Shown: piece after piece, positions 39,848 through 49,916 of the stretch
How positions within the stretch are numbered: the first letter of the stretch is position 1
How the letters are laid out: every line of letters starts with the position of its first letter
NCBI GenBank assembly: GCA_044345405.1
Contig: JBIJBE010000001.1
Coordinates: forward strand, 1-64,000
Source: Bdellovibrionota bacterium
Lineage (GTDB): Bacteria > Bdellovibrionota_C > UBA2361 > OMII01
Direction of reading: 5' to 3'
DNA length: 64,000 nt
The notes under the pieces: model-generated
What the model saw: the letters and a program-made list of their open reading frames with translations, nothing else
Database searches by the model: none
What the model was told of the DNA's origin: nothing
Position numbers and translations under genes: made by a program

Positions 39848-40207
39848 ATGCCTCAGCAACTGCTCGTCGCTCAACAATTGGCGGAGATATTGGCGGTTAT
39901 CGCCCATCCGCATCGCATTCGAATAATTGAGGAGCTCGGTCGTCGAGAGCTCGATGTTCATACATTAGCGGAGAGGCTTAATCTGCGACAATCAACGCTC
40001 TCTCAGCATTTGGCCCAGCTTCGGGCGAAGGGGATTGCGGTCGCGGAGCGTGACGGTAGAACCGTGCGGTATCACCTGACTAATGTGTGGTTAGCGAGTT
40101 GGCTTGTGGACGCCTTTCAGCTTTTGGAGATGCAGAACGACCGGAGCTCTAAGGTCATGGAGGCCGCCAAGGCGGTCAAAAAGATGTGGCGTCTTAAGAG
40201 CCGATAG
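39848..40207 (+). CDS. ArsR/SmtB family transcriptional regulator
   Basis: IAHPHRIRII, LSQHLAQLR, ERDGRTVRYHL. Confidence 0.92.
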   Translation: MPQQLLVAQQLAEILAVIAHPHRIRIIEELGRRELDVHTLAERLNLRQSTLSQHLAQLRAKGIAVAERDGRTVRYHLTNVWLASWLVDAFQLLEMQNDRSSKVMEAAKAVKKMWRLKSR

Positions 40208-40227
40208 TCGAGTAACGGGGGAAAGTT

Positions 40228-41913
40228 ATGGGTAGTCAGACGAGCGCCAAGCGGAGTGAACTGCAGATAGCAATGCGGGTTCTTCGCATGCTGCATGGTG
40301 AGTCGCACGACATCGCGGTTGTATTTCTCTACGCTCTAGCGGTAGGTCTTTGCTCTCTTGCCATACCGGTTGGCGTGCAGTCGGTTGTCAACTCGGTAGC
40401 TTTCGGAGTTGTATTGCAACCGCTCGTGGTTGTTACCTGCCTCGTGGGAGGGGTGCTACTCTTCTCCGGCATACTTCGGATTCTGCAGCTTGTGGTTGTG
40501 GAGATTCTCCAGCGACGACTGGTTGTGCGAATCTCACTGGCGTTAGCTGAACGGATACCTCATGTCGAGTTTTCTCAGTTCCGAAGTAAGTACGGACCGG
40601 AGTACGTGTTACGGTTCCTTGAGAGCTTCTCGGCTCAGAAGAACGTCTCGGCTATCCTGCTTGACGGCATCGCGCTTTTTTTCCAGGTCGCGGTCGGTCT
40701 CGTTCTGGTCTCGTTCTACCATCCATTCTTTCTCGCGTTTTCCATCCTGCTGACGCTTCTTCTCGTTGTCTTGGTTGCGCCCCTAGGAGTTGGCGCCGTA
40801 CGCACCGCCATCAAAACATCGGACGCGAAATATGAAGTGGCGACCTGGTTACAGGATCTCGCTCGAGTGCCGATACTTTTTAAGTCTAATCGGGGAGACG
40901 CTTTTGCCATCGAGCGAGCGGATCAGTTGGTGGGTTCCTACCTAGAGTGGCGGCAACGGCACTTTCGCGTTCTTTTGCGACAGATAGTTGGTTCGGTGAC
41001 AATTCAGGTTCTCGCCAACACCCTCCTACTTGGATTGGGAGGATGGCTGGTGATTCGACAACAATTAACCCTCGGGCAGCTCGTGGCGGCGGAACTTATC
41101 ATCGGTGTGATTCTGAGTGGAGTCGCTAAACTTGGTCGGTACCTCGACAAGTTCTACGAGCTGTGTGCCTCGGTAGCGAAATTGGACGCCCTCTTTGACG
41201 TTCCGTACGAAAAGGAGTCCGGCTCGTTCTTCTCCCCAGGGGGTGAGCCCGCGAGTTTGGTGATTAGTAACTTGGTTGTTCGTCACGATGACCACATAGA
41301 TCCGATACTAAATGGAGTGTCGCTCTCAATCGCGCCGGGTGAGAAGGTTGCGATTTGGGGTCAAAACGGGTCTGGAAAGAGCACACTCGTTGATTGCGTC
41401 TATCGCATCACCTCACCTCGGTCGGGTCGAGTCGAGATCGACGGGCACGACGTTCGAGAGGTTCACCCCCTCGAATTAAGAAGTGAGATAGCGCTCGTGC
41501 GAGGTATCGACCTCTTCCACGGAACGATCGAGGAGAATCTTACGCTGTCGAACGGTGGGGCGTCTTCTTCCCGCGTGCGAGAGGCGTTGAGTTTGGTTGG
41601 GGTACTTGAGGATATCTACGCGCTTCCTGATGGGCTCCAAACGGTGCTCCAGGGACAGGCGGAGCCGCTCTCTCGAGGGCAAGTGACGAGACTGATGATC
41701 GCTCGAGCGGTGCTCATGGATCCTCGACTCATCATTATAGACGGCATGCTCGATGGGATCGATGAAAGCACGATCGAGGGGCTGCTTAATGAGCTCACAG
41801 GACCGAAGGCTCGCTGGTCTCTCCTCGTGCTCACGCACGAGAGCACTATCGCCCAACACTTTTCAACATCGTATCAGCTTCACGCGGGAAGCTTGGTGCC
41901 ACGCATACAGTAA
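40228..41913 (+). CDS. Type I secretion-like ABC transporter (TMD + NBD)
   Basis: TM helices, LTLGQLVAAE, GQNGSGKS, LSRGQ, IIIDG. Confidence 0.9.
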   Translation: MGSQTSAKRSELQIAMRVLRMLHGESHDIAVVFLYALAVGLCSLAIPVGVQSVVNSVAFGVVLQPLVVVTCLVGGVLLFSGILRILQLVVVEILQRRLVVRISLALAERIPHVEFSQFRSKYGPEYVLRFLESFSAQKNVSAILLDGIALFFQVAVGLVLVSFYHPFFLAFSILLTLLLVVLVAPLGVGAVRTAIKTSDAKYEVATWLQDLARVPILFKSNRGDAFAIERADQLVGSYLEWRQRHFRVLLRQIVGSVTIQVLANTLLLGLGGWLVIRQQLTLGQLVAAELIIGVILSGVAKLGRYLDKFYELCASVAKLDALFDVPYEKESGSFFSPGGEPASLVISNLVVRHDDHIDPILNGVSLSIAPGEKVAIWGQNGSGKSTLVDCVYRITSPRSGRVEIDGHDVREVHPLELRSEIALVRGIDLFHGTIEENLTLSNGGASSSRVREALSLVGVLEDIYALPDGLQTVLQGQAEPLSRGQVTRLMIARAVLMDPRLIIIDGMLDGIDESTIEGLLNELTGPKARWSLLVLTHESTIAQHFSTSYQLHAGSLVPRIQ

Positions 41914-41925
41914 GGAGAACTGACA

Positions 41926-43035
41926 ATGGTTTTCGACGATGGCCGAGTTGGTGACTTTAGTGATGGTAGTGACTACCTCACCCTTGAAGAGGTAATCGCG
42001 GGGGCTCGCGTTGAGTTGCGGTCTCCTAAGCTTGTTGGGTCTCACGGTAGCTTGAGGTTTGGAGCTCTGTTACTCCTCGTGATGATAGTGCTCTCCGCCG
42101 TGGCGATGATATTCGCTCCTTGGACGCAGAACGTGCGTGGAGTTGGTAAGGTATCCGCCTACTCACCAGATGAGCGACAGCAAAATCTAACCGCCCCCGT
42201 CGACGGAATTATCAGACAGTGGTTCGTTCTTGAGGGGACAAGGGTCAAAAAAGGGCAGAACATCGTCGATGTCGCCGATATCGATCCCGACATTATCTCT
42301 CGCCTGGAACGGGAGCGCGCGGCGCAACAAGCTAAGTTGGACGCCGCTCAAAACGCTGTGGATACCTCTCGCAAAAATCTTGAGCGACAGAGGACCCTCG
42401 TCACCTCGGGGCTGAGCTCACAGCGAGCCGCGGAGTTGGCGGAGCTCGAATATGCCAAGTACCTCTCTGAGGTCTCCTCCGCGTCCGCGGAGTTAGCTCG
42501 CATCGAAACGAAATTAGCCAGACAGGCTTCCCAGTCTATTGTGGCGCCTCGGGATGGGATTGTTCACCGTATCCTTGCTCCGCAGGGCGGGGTGATGGTG
42601 AAAGCGGGGCAGGTATTATCGGTAATTGTCCCGGAGACCGCCAGTCGAGCCGTTGAGTTGACCGTGAGTGGGAACGACGCCCCACTTCTCTCAGTTGGGC
42701 GGCGTGTTCGGTTGCAGTTTGAGGGGTGGCCCGCGGTGCAGTTCGCTGGGTGGCCGTCGGTCGCGGTCGGAACCTTTGGCGGCGTGATTGGAGTGATCGA
42801 TCCGGGCGCAGGAGAGGATGGAACGGTTCGGGTAATCGTATTTCCTGAGAACGGAGAGGAGTGGCCTGACGTGACCTATCTGCGGCAAGGGGTGCGGGTT
42901 ATCGGATGGGTTTTGCTTGACACCGTTAAACTAGGATGGGAGTTGTGGCGACAGTTCAACGGCTTCCCGCCGACCTTGCGAAACGTCAATCCGAAAGGTG
43001 GGGATAGCGAACCCAAAATGGAAGAGGGGGCGTAG
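41926..43035 (+). CDS. HlyD family membrane fusion protein
   Basis: PWTQNV.G.G, APVDG, APRDG, VRLQFEGWPA...WP, ELWRQFNGFPP. Confidence 0.9.
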   Translation: MVFDDGRVGDFSDGSDYLTLEEVIAGARVELRSPKLVGSHGSLRFGALLLLVMIVLSAVAMIFAPWTQNVRGVGKVSAYSPDERQQNLTAPVDGIIRQWFVLEGTRVKKGQNIVDVADIDPDIISRLERERAAQQAKLDAAQNAVDTSRKNLERQRTLVTSGLSSQRAAELAELEYAKYLSEVSSASAELARIETKLARQASQSIVAPRDGIVHRILAPQGGVMVKAGQVLSVIVPETASRAVELTVSGNDAPLLSVGRRVRLQFEGWPAVQFAGWPSVAVGTFGGVIGVIDPGAGEDGTVRVIVFPENGEEWPDVTYLRQGVRVIGWVLLDTVKLGWELWRQFNGFPPTLRNVNPKGGDSEPKMEEGA

Positions 43036-43038
43036 CGT

Positions 43039-44529
43039 ATGCGCGCGCGGCGTAAGGTTTGGTGGAGTATGCTCGGTGTCCTCGCCGCGCTCGCCGTGTC
43101 CTCGGTACAACCGGGGCTCGCGGAGGAGTCGAGCGATGTGAAGGGGAGCAGTAAGGGGTCTAAGAGCGTCACGGGGCAGGTGCTCTCGCTCGACGATGTC
43201 ATCGCCGCTACCCTCGAACGCCATCCAGCGCTCAACGCGGAGAAGCAGGAGCGGGTGTCGGCTGACGCGGATGTCCTCTCCGCTGAGGGCGCGTTCGATC
43301 CGAGCCTCAAGGGGGACGCTCTCTCCTACGTCACGGGCGGATATTCCGGAAACTACGGTTCGGCGTATGTGGAGCAGCCACTCAAATTTTACGGAAGTAA
43401 GGTAGTTGGTGGATATCGAATCGGCGATGGAACCTTTCCCATTTATGATAACTGGTACGAGACCAATTCCGGTGGAGAGGTGGGCGTCGGTGTTGAGGTT
43501 CCGCTTCTTCGGGATGGCCCGATCGATCGGAGACGAGCTCAAATCGGAAGGGCGGAATCTGGTCAGGTGATCGCGGACTCGCTGATTGAGCAGCGAAAGA
43601 TTGAGCTCGCTCGCGCGGCCGCGCTAACCTACTGGGATTGGACCGCCGCTCGAAACAAGGTCAAGGTGTTTCGGCGATTGCTTACGGTCGCTGAGGAGCG
43701 TGATCGTCAGATTGCGGAACGGGTGGCGAAAGGGGACCTGCCGGACTTCGATCGAGTGGATAATCAACGGGCGGTGTTGCAACGTCGCTCGCAACTTCTC
43801 ACCGCGGAGCGCGCGGTAAAAGCGGCCGAGTTCTCGCTTTCCCTCTTCTACCGTAACTACGCGGCGGAGCCGCAGAGCGTTGAGCGGTTCCAATCATTGG
43901 ACCGAATCCCCGTTCCCCTGTTTGCGCCCGTACATCATCCCGAAGACCCCGTCGCTGCAGCCGCGGAGGCCCGACCGGAATTTAAAAATATCAAGGCGCA
44001 GAGCGAGCAGAACAAGATCGAGTTGGAGCTTGCTCGGAATCAGGTCTTGCCCCGCTTAGACCTCCGGGTCTTCTCGTATAATGATTATGGAACTGGGGAT
44101 CCCAAGCTCGAGGATCCTGAGGTGAAGGCGGGACTTCGGATCGAGATTCCACTCGCGACCCGAACCCAGAAGGGACGGATCGATTACTACGAATCTCGTC
44201 AGAAGAAGCTGCAGTTCACTGAGACCTTCCTTCGCGAGCGGATACGAGCTGACGTTCAGGACGCGCTCAACGCTTTGGATATCGCGCGAAGTAAGGTCGA
44301 GGTCGCCGCCGCGGAGGTGAAGGCGTCGGACGACCTGGCGCGTGGCGAGCTGAAGAGATTTAATCTGGGCGATAGTAACCTCATCTTTGTGAATTTGCGG
44401 GAGCAGAACGCGGCTGACGCCGAGGTGCGTGAAATCGAGGCGCTGCAGGATTATCAGAAAGCGTTCGTGACCTTTGAGGCGATCCTGGCTCGTATTCAGG
44501 ATGTGAAAGGACAAAAGCAAGCCAAATAG
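43039..44529 (+). CDS. TolC family outer membrane protein
   Basis: Signal peptide, GAFDP, PLLRD, YWDW, LPRLDL, F.LGDS.L. Confidence 0.9.
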   Translation: MRARRKVWWSMLGVLAALAVSSVQPGLAEESSDVKGSSKGSKSVTGQVLSLDDVIAATLERHPALNAEKQERVSADADVLSAEGAFDPSLKGDALSYVTGGYSGNYGSAYVEQPLKFYGSKVVGGYRIGDGTFPIYDNWYETNSGGEVGVGVEVPLLRDGPIDRRRAQIGRAESGQVIADSLIEQRKIELARAAALTYWDWTAARNKVKVFRRLLTVAEERDRQIAERVAKGDLPDFDRVDNQRAVLQRRSQLLTAERAVKAAEFSLSLFYRNYAAEPQSVERFQSLDRIPVPLFAPVHHPEDPVAAAAEARPEFKNIKAQSEQNKIELELARNQVLPRLDLRVFSYNDYGTGDPKLEDPEVKAGLRIEIPLATRTQKGRIDYYESRQKKLQFTETFLRERIRADVQDALNALDIARSKVEVAAAEVKASDDLARGELKRFNLGDSNLIFVNLREQNAADAEVREIEALQDYQKAFVTFEAILARIQDVKGQKQAK

Positions 44530-45012
44530 AACGGAAGGGAGCGATGAGATTGCGCTTGATGATCCACGGTCGTCTTGTGCCGTGAATTGGCCGGGGCGGG
44601 GGAGTGATGGTGGATGTGCCCCCGGTCCGATCGCTAGATAGTCCGAAACTCTCGTAGCGGGGTCTCTCAAGCATCTCTCTCATTTTCGGAATGTGCGCCG
44701 CGACATGGAGGTAGCCATATTTGAGGTCTAGGAAGCCCTATGCCCCTGCTTTCATGATAGAAAGAGAATTTTCCGGATGGGTAACATCGGGAGGCAGGCT
44801 CCGTTGAGTGGAAAAAACGTATGGTGGCTCATTTTTACTTGTACCGGTTGTTGAGGTCGTCTATCCTTCAGGATTACAAAAAATGTAACCCCCGTCCCAG
44901 GTTAGGGTCGGAGGTTCGTCGGAGTGACTGAGAGGATTTTCCCCTCGATCCGAGCACGCAGGTTTCAGTCGCTTGTATTTATCGCGGTAGGTCGTGCGCA
45001 GAAGGTGATGGT

Positions 45013-45429
45013 ATGAAAAAGAAAGATCTTGATACCTTGAAGAAGATCCTCGAAGACGAGAAGAAGCGTATCTTCCACCACCTTCAAGAGATTAGCGAAA
45101 CATCCGTAGCTGACCTTGAAACCCCGTCAGGAGATTCTGTCGACCTTGCGTCCCTTGAGATCAACCAAAACTCTCTCGCTAAGATCGGAAAGCGTGAACA
45201 GAATCACTTGAAGAAGATCGATGCCGCCCTTAAGAAGATGGAGGATGGAACGTTCGGAGAGTGCGAGAGTTGCGGGGAGCAGATCGCAGTGGCTCGCCTC
45301 ATGGCTCGTCCGGTAGCTCAACTCTGTATCGATTGTAAGACCGAGCAGGAGAACGAGGAGCGGAGGTACTCTGACCGCGCTGGTGATTCCGAGAACGACG
45401 GATTCCCAGAGGAGGGAGAGGAGTTGTAG
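45013..45429 (+). CDS. dksA: DksA/TraR C4 zinc finger protein
   Basis: DSVDLA coiled-coil tip and CESC...CIDC. Confidence 0.9.
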   Translation: MKKKDLDTLKKILEDEKKRIFHHLQEISETSVADLETPSGDSVDLASLEINQNSLAKIGKREQNHLKKIDAALKKMEDGTFGECESCGEQIAVARLMARPVAQLCIDCKTEQENEERRYSDRAGDSENDGFPEEGEEL

Positions 45430-45438
45430 TTCCTCGAT

Positions 45439-45465
45439 GAAAGGGCGCCTGGGGCGCCCTTTTTT
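45439..45465 (+). terminator. Terminator after dksA
   Basis: AAAGGGCGCC-TGG-GGCGCCCTTT followed by a T run. Confidence 0.8.
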
Positions 45466-45487
45466 ATTCCGCATGAACCCGCGGTTG

Positions 45488-45578
45488 GGAGGGCGGTCAT
45501 TCCTGACCGCCGTGTCGCGTGCAGCCAAATACGTTTGTGATGCGTAACCTTCCCGGCGACCGAGGACGGTCGCCCTTC
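45488..45578. repeat. REPIN-like element B (reverse orientation relative to A)
   Basis: GGAG GGCGGTCA-TTCC-TGACCGCC, 43-nt spacer, then GGCGACCG-AGGA-CGGTCGCC CTTC. Confidence 0.85.
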
Positions 45579-45596
45579 CTGTGTGCGCCTTCGGAT

Positions 45597-46448
45597 TTAC
45601 ACCCTTCCCAACTCCCGCATCACCTCCTCAAATACCCGTGGCGCGGCGACGACGATGTTGTCCATGAAGAGATCGTGGGCGTAGTTGGCGGTCTTTTTTT
45701 GTGATTCATGGTCGTAGGGATAGTGACCGACCTTGGCTCCCGCTTCTCGGGCGATCAGGCAACCGGCCGCACCATCCCACGGGCTCAAGCCCTCCTCGTA
45801 AAAGGCATCGAGTCGACCGCAAGCAACCCATGATATGTCTACTGAGGCCGCGCCGATTCGTCGGATATCTCGACAGGTGCGGAGCAGATGAAGAAGTCGG
45901 GCGCAGATGCGGTCGATGTTCACGCGGTCGTACGGAAAACCGGTCGCGATAAGTGCGTCTGAGAGTGTCTGGGTTTCGGTCGCGCGAATCGGCTCGTTGT
46001 CCCGGAACGCGCCGCCACCTTTCGTCGCGGTGAAGAGCTCCCCTTGAAAGGGCGCGAGGACTGCTCCTGCCTGCACAACTCCGTCAAGGGCGTAGGCTAC
46101 AGAGACCCCCACTTGATTGTGACCGTGCGCGTAGTTGGTGGTTCCATCGATCGGATCGATTACCCATGTTGGTCCCGTATTAAATGTCTCGGCAAGCGCG
46201 GCGTCCGATGATTCCTCCGCGAGGATCTTATGACCGGGGAAGTGTCCAAGGATCGTCTCTATGATCGCTTTTTCTGACGCGAGGTCCGCGGTGGTTACGA
46301 GATTTCTCGCCGCTTTTAGGGTTATGTTAACCGACTGGGAGGCTCGTTGGTCGCGGGCGATGGCGCCGCCCCGTTGAGCTGCTTCAATCGCTACCGCGAG
46401 GGCGTCGGCAGGTGAGGGGAGGTGTGGTGAGGTCATGGCAGATTCCAA
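45597..46448 (-). CDS. suhB: Inositol monophosphatase SuhB
   Basis: LVTTAD, ILAEE, WVIDPIDGTTNY, ATGFPY, PWDGAAG. Confidence 0.93.
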   Translation of the reverse strand: MESAMTSPHLPSPADALAVAIEAAQRGGAIARDQRASQSVNITLKAARNLVTTADLASEKAIIETILGHFPGHKILAEESSDAALAETFNTGPTWVIDPIDGTTNYAHGHNQVGVSVAYALDGVVQAGAVLAPFQGELFTATKGGGAFRDNEPIRATETQTLSDALIATGFPYDRVNIDRICARLLHLLRTCRDIRRIGAASVDISWVACGRLDAFYEEGLSPWDGAAGCLIAREAGAKVGHYPYDHESQKKTANYAHDLFMDNIVVAAPRVFEEVMRELGRV

Positions 46449-46493
46449 TAGGCCGTTTCTGTTTTGGCTCTCTTCATAGTACTGTACCGAACT

Positions 46494-47483
46494 ATGTCAG
46501 GTAGCTCCTCAATCAGCAAACCTCTCCCGCCCGCTGTGTCGCGAGTCGCTGAGGCGTGGATAGGGCGTGAGGTGACCATCAATGCCCCCTCTAAGTTGAA
46601 TCTACGGCTGAAGGTCGAGGGGCGTCGGGGTGATGGGTATCATCTCTTAAGCATGATTAACTGCTCGACCTCTCGGCAGGACACTCTTCGTGCTGTGTTC
46701 ACCGCTGAAAAGGATTGCCTGGTTACGACAAAGCCAGAAGGCATTATTCCCCCGGGTAAACGAGAGAACCTAGTGACCCTCGCGTTTCGAGCGTTTTGGG
46801 GTGAGTTCGGTTTTGACCCGGTGCCGTTCGGATTTCGGTGTCAGATCAAGAAAAATATTCCTATCGGTGGTGGTCTTGGAGGCGGGAGCGCCGACGCCGC
46901 GGCTATGTTGCGCCACCTCGAGTCGGTTTTTGGACCGGCGCTGAGTGAGACGTTCGATGTGACACCTGAAGGTATCCGGTCCCGAGTCATGCGCGCCGCG
47001 CTCCTCTGCGGGGCAGATGTCCCGTATGCTGTTGAAGGTGGATTGTGTTGGGTGGGCGGGATAGGCGAGGAGGTTGTTTCGCTTCGCGCCCGCGCACTAC
47101 CTCGCACTACTAAGGCCCTCATTATGATTCCGCCGAAGCCCATTCCGACGGCCGCTTTTTATGACCGATTTCGTCGTGAGCGTCCGACGATAGCTACTGC
47201 CCCTGACGAAATCGGCAGAAACTTTATCACCTCCGACTCCGTCGATATCGCCTCCCTTGTGGAGAACGACTTTGAAGCGACGGCGTGCGCAATGGTCCCG
47301 GAGATTGGTGAGGGGCTCGTGGCTGCTCGCGAGGTTTTTCCTCGCGGAACGGCTCTTACCGGTTCCGGATCGGTCTTCTTTAGCCTCGTTTCAGAGGGTG
47401 AGGAACCTCGGGCCTATGAGTTATCGGCTCGATTGCTGGAGCGGGGGATTGAAAGTTACCTATGCTTCCTCATTTTCTCGTAA
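46494..47483 (+). CDS. ispE: 4-diphosphocytidyl-2C-methyl-D-erythritol kinase
   Basis: APSKLNL, RRGDGYH, IPIGGGLGGGSADAA, GADVP, TGSGS. Canonical ispE-tRNA-Gln-prs synteny. Confidence 0.93.
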   Translation: MSGSSSISKPLPPAVSRVAEAWIGREVTINAPSKLNLRLKVEGRRGDGYHLLSMINCSTSRQDTLRAVFTAEKDCLVTTKPEGIIPPGKRENLVTLAFRAFWGEFGFDPVPFGFRCQIKKNIPIGGGLGGGSADAAAMLRHLESVFGPALSETFDVTPEGIRSRVMRAALLCGADVPYAVEGGLCWVGGIGEEVVSLRARALPRTTKALIMIPPKPIPTAAFYDRFRRERPTIATAPDEIGRNFITSDSVDIASLVENDFEATACAMVPEIGEGLVAAREVFPRGTALTGSGSVFFSLVSEGEEPRAYELSARLLERGIESYLCFLIFS

Positions 47484-47576
47484 GATACCACGCATATAGT
47501 GTCGTGCCGCACTTGCCAAAGTGCGCTACTTGTTTTACTCAACAGGGGCGCATGTGAGGGTGTTCCACCCTCGTAC

Positions 47577-47648
47577 TGCCCGGTAGCCAAGTGGTAAGGC
47601 AGTGGATTTTGATTCCACCATACGCAGGTTCGACCCCTGCCCGGGCAA
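47577..47648 (+). tRNA. tRNA-Gln(TTG)
   Basis: TGCCCGG TAGCCAAGTGGTAAGGCA GTGGA-TTTTGAT-TCCAC CATAC GCAGG-TTCGACC-CCTGC CCGGGCA A. Confidence 0.97.
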
Positions 47649-47781
47649 CTTTTCCTCTCTAAAGTGGCGTTGAGGGAGGTGTTGTTCTCAACACGGTCTG
47701 TGCTCCCTACACAACGTATTGAGTAAGCAGTTCAAAAAGGGGCCATTACTCACTGCCATTACTCTCTTCCAAGGAGCTTCC

Positions 47782-48726
47782 GTGTCTGGTCCACTTCTCG
47801 TTTTCAGCGGCCGTTCCAATCCTCTCTTTTCCCAAGCTGTTTGTAAGTCGCTCGAGATAGAGCCCGGTCGCATCGAGACAGTACAGTTCGCTGACGGTGA
47901 GCTGTCAGTAGAGATCGGAGATAACGTGCGCGGTGGCGATGTGTTCGTATTACAGAGCACGTGCAAGCCAGGTAACGATCACCTGATGGAGCTTCTGATC
48001 ATCATCGACGCGCTCAAGCGTTCAAGCGCGGGTCGGATCACCGCGGCGATTCCGTACTACGGCTACTCGCGCCAAGATCGAAAGGTAAAGCCCCGTGTTC
48101 CGATCACCGCGAAATTGATCGCTGATATGCTCACGGCCGCTGGCGCGGATCGAGTTCTCACGATGGATCTCCACGCCGGACAGCTGATGGGATTCTTCGA
48201 TATCCCGGTGGACAATCTCTACGCGTTGCCGACGATGATCCCGTACTTGAAGCAAAAGTTCGGGGTCGAGGACGTTACGATCGTATCGCCTGACGTTGGG
48301 GGACTTGAGCGCGCCCGCTTCGTCGCTACCCGCATGGATAACTCCCCATTCGCGGTTATCGACAAACGTCGCTCCGGCGCGAATCGTGTTGATTCAATGA
48401 CGGTAGTGGGAGAGGTGCAGGGACAGACCTGTATCATCGTTGATGATATCGCGGATACCGGAGGGACCCTTGTGAAGGCCGCTGAGACCCTGATCAAAGC
48501 GGGCGCTAAGCGGGTTGTGGCCGTATGCGTTCACGCGGTTCTGTCGGGTGAATCTCGCGCGAAGCTTCGCGCAAGTCCGATTGAGGAGCTCGTGGTTACC
48601 GATACGATCCCGCACGCGGAGCTCGACGCAACCGATCGAATCTCTGTTATCTCTGTCGCTCCCGTGTTCGCCGAGGCGATTCGACGCATTCACTCGGATG
48701 ACTCGGTGAGTAGCCTCTTTACGTAA
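47782..48726 (+). CDS. prs: Ribose-phosphate pyrophosphokinase
   Basis: FADGE, YYGYSRQDRK, DLHAGQ, VSPDVGG, VDDIADTGGT. GTG start with AAGGAG RBS. Confidence 0.97.
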   Translation: MSGPLLVFSGRSNPLFSQAVCKSLEIEPGRIETVQFADGELSVEIGDNVRGGDVFVLQSTCKPGNDHLMELLIIIDALKRSSAGRITAAIPYYGYSRQDRKVKPRVPITAKLIADMLTAAGADRVLTMDLHAGQLMGFFDIPVDNLYALPTMIPYLKQKFGVEDVTIVSPDVGGLERARFVATRMDNSPFAVIDKRRSGANRVDSMTVVGEVQGQTCIIVDDIADTGGTLVKAAETLIKAGAKRVVAVCVHAVLSGESRAKLRASPIEELVVTDTIPHAELDATDRISVISVAPVFAEAIRRIHSDDSVSSLFT

Positions 48727-48790
48727 GGATCCTCGGGCGAGGAAAAAAGGTGCCGATATATTGTAATCCCTATCGGCTGGGGAAGAGGTG

Positions 48791-49519
48791 TTAGGTAACC
48801 TGAGCCAGATCCTCGAGGTTGCCAACGAAGCGACCTTGAGATTCGAAGGGGTTCAGTCTGTAAAAGATCTGAATAATCCCGTCCTTCATCCTTGCGAGAT
48901 AGTTGCCGTCATCGACGGGCATATACATCCAGTCGACGAGCTCGTACGGCAAATTGAGGCGCGAAGTCACAGCCACATCCGCAGGTCCGTCGTAGAACGG
49001 GCCCTTCGTGATCGAAAGGCCGTCGTACAACATGATTGCGGTCCGTCCGAAGACCCGCTTCGTCGGATCGGAGTCGTTCTTGAGTCCGACGATGGAGAAT
49101 CCCAACGCCGATCGTTCGTGCACGACCGCGATGTTGAGGGCCTCCTCCGTCGGCTCCGGGACCTCGGCGCCCGCCTCCATGATGTAGGCTTGCGCACAAT
49201 CAACCCGAACGATCTCTCCATCCCTTCGGATGGGGAGCCACAACGCAGCGCCAACGGCGATCGCCGTGGAAGGGTTGGTGCGGATTCCGACCTCCTCGAA
49301 CGCTTCCCTCGAAGCCGTCAGAGTGAGGGTTTCGTAGTCGTCACTGCTCATTCCTCCTCCGGGGAGGTCGAAGAGGTAAGGGGATGAGCCGTTACCGTTT
49401 CGTTGTTTTATGAGTACCCCCATTCCCTCACCGAATCGTTGAGGGAGGATCGCGAAACCCCCGTGGCTTCGTGGCATTCCGTTGAATTCATAACGATACC
49501 CGTACTGTTCGTACCTCAT
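48791..49519 (-). CDS. Nudix hydrolase
   Basis: DLPGGG...E.......REAFEEVGI Nudix box, with a slightly lengthened G-to-E spacing. Confidence 0.8.
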   Translation of the reverse strand: MRYEQYGYRYEFNGMPRSHGGFAILPQRFGEGMGVLIKQRNGNGSSPYLFDLPGGGMSSDDYETLTLTASREAFEEVGIRTNPSTAIAVGAALWLPIRRDGEIVRVDCAQAYIMEAGAEVPEPTEEALNIAVVHERSALGFSIVGLKNDSDPTKRVFGRTAIMLYDGLSITKGPFYDGPADVAVTSRLNLPYELVDWMYMPVDDGNYLARMKDGIIQIFYRLNPFESQGRFVGNLEDLAQVT

Positions 49520-49916
49520 TGCAAAACCGCTCCTTGAGACCTCCTCGGTCTCCCTGAAGGAATGTGAAAAACCGTAAACACCAGCCGGAAAGTATGGAAA
49601 AAAGTGGGTTTCTAAGCAAAAAGGGATGGGGATTTTCTTCTGGGGTGTTACTTTTGTCGGCCGCTTTGAAGGCGGTGATGGAAGATAGGCTGGAGCATTA
49701 TGTGCAATAGTGCTGTAATTGCAGTGTGTTGCGAGTTTCCGAAGGAGCGGGTGCCATCGCCCTCAGCGTGAACACGAGCGCCCGCCCCGCCACTTTACCC
49801 GAAGTGCCTGTTCTGCTACCTTCCACCGGTGCTTTTGTAAGCTGATAGCTTTTGCAGGCCAAGATTTGTAAAGAGAAAGCTCTCTATTCGAGAGATGTTT
49901 TTGAGGAAGTAACGTC

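Noticed and set aside
47556-47572. GAGGGTGTTCCACCCTC as a dispersed copy of the array motif
   Set aside because: Explained as a local hairpin in the tRNA-Gln leader; the flanks do not match the array.
48752-48777. GCCGATA boxes as sigma-28 promoters
   Set aside because: No -35 element at 15-bp spacing; the two boxes form a hairpin between convergent genes.
48788-49387. 199-aa plus-strand ORF
   Set aside because: Antisense to the Nudix gene, which carries the recognisable motif.
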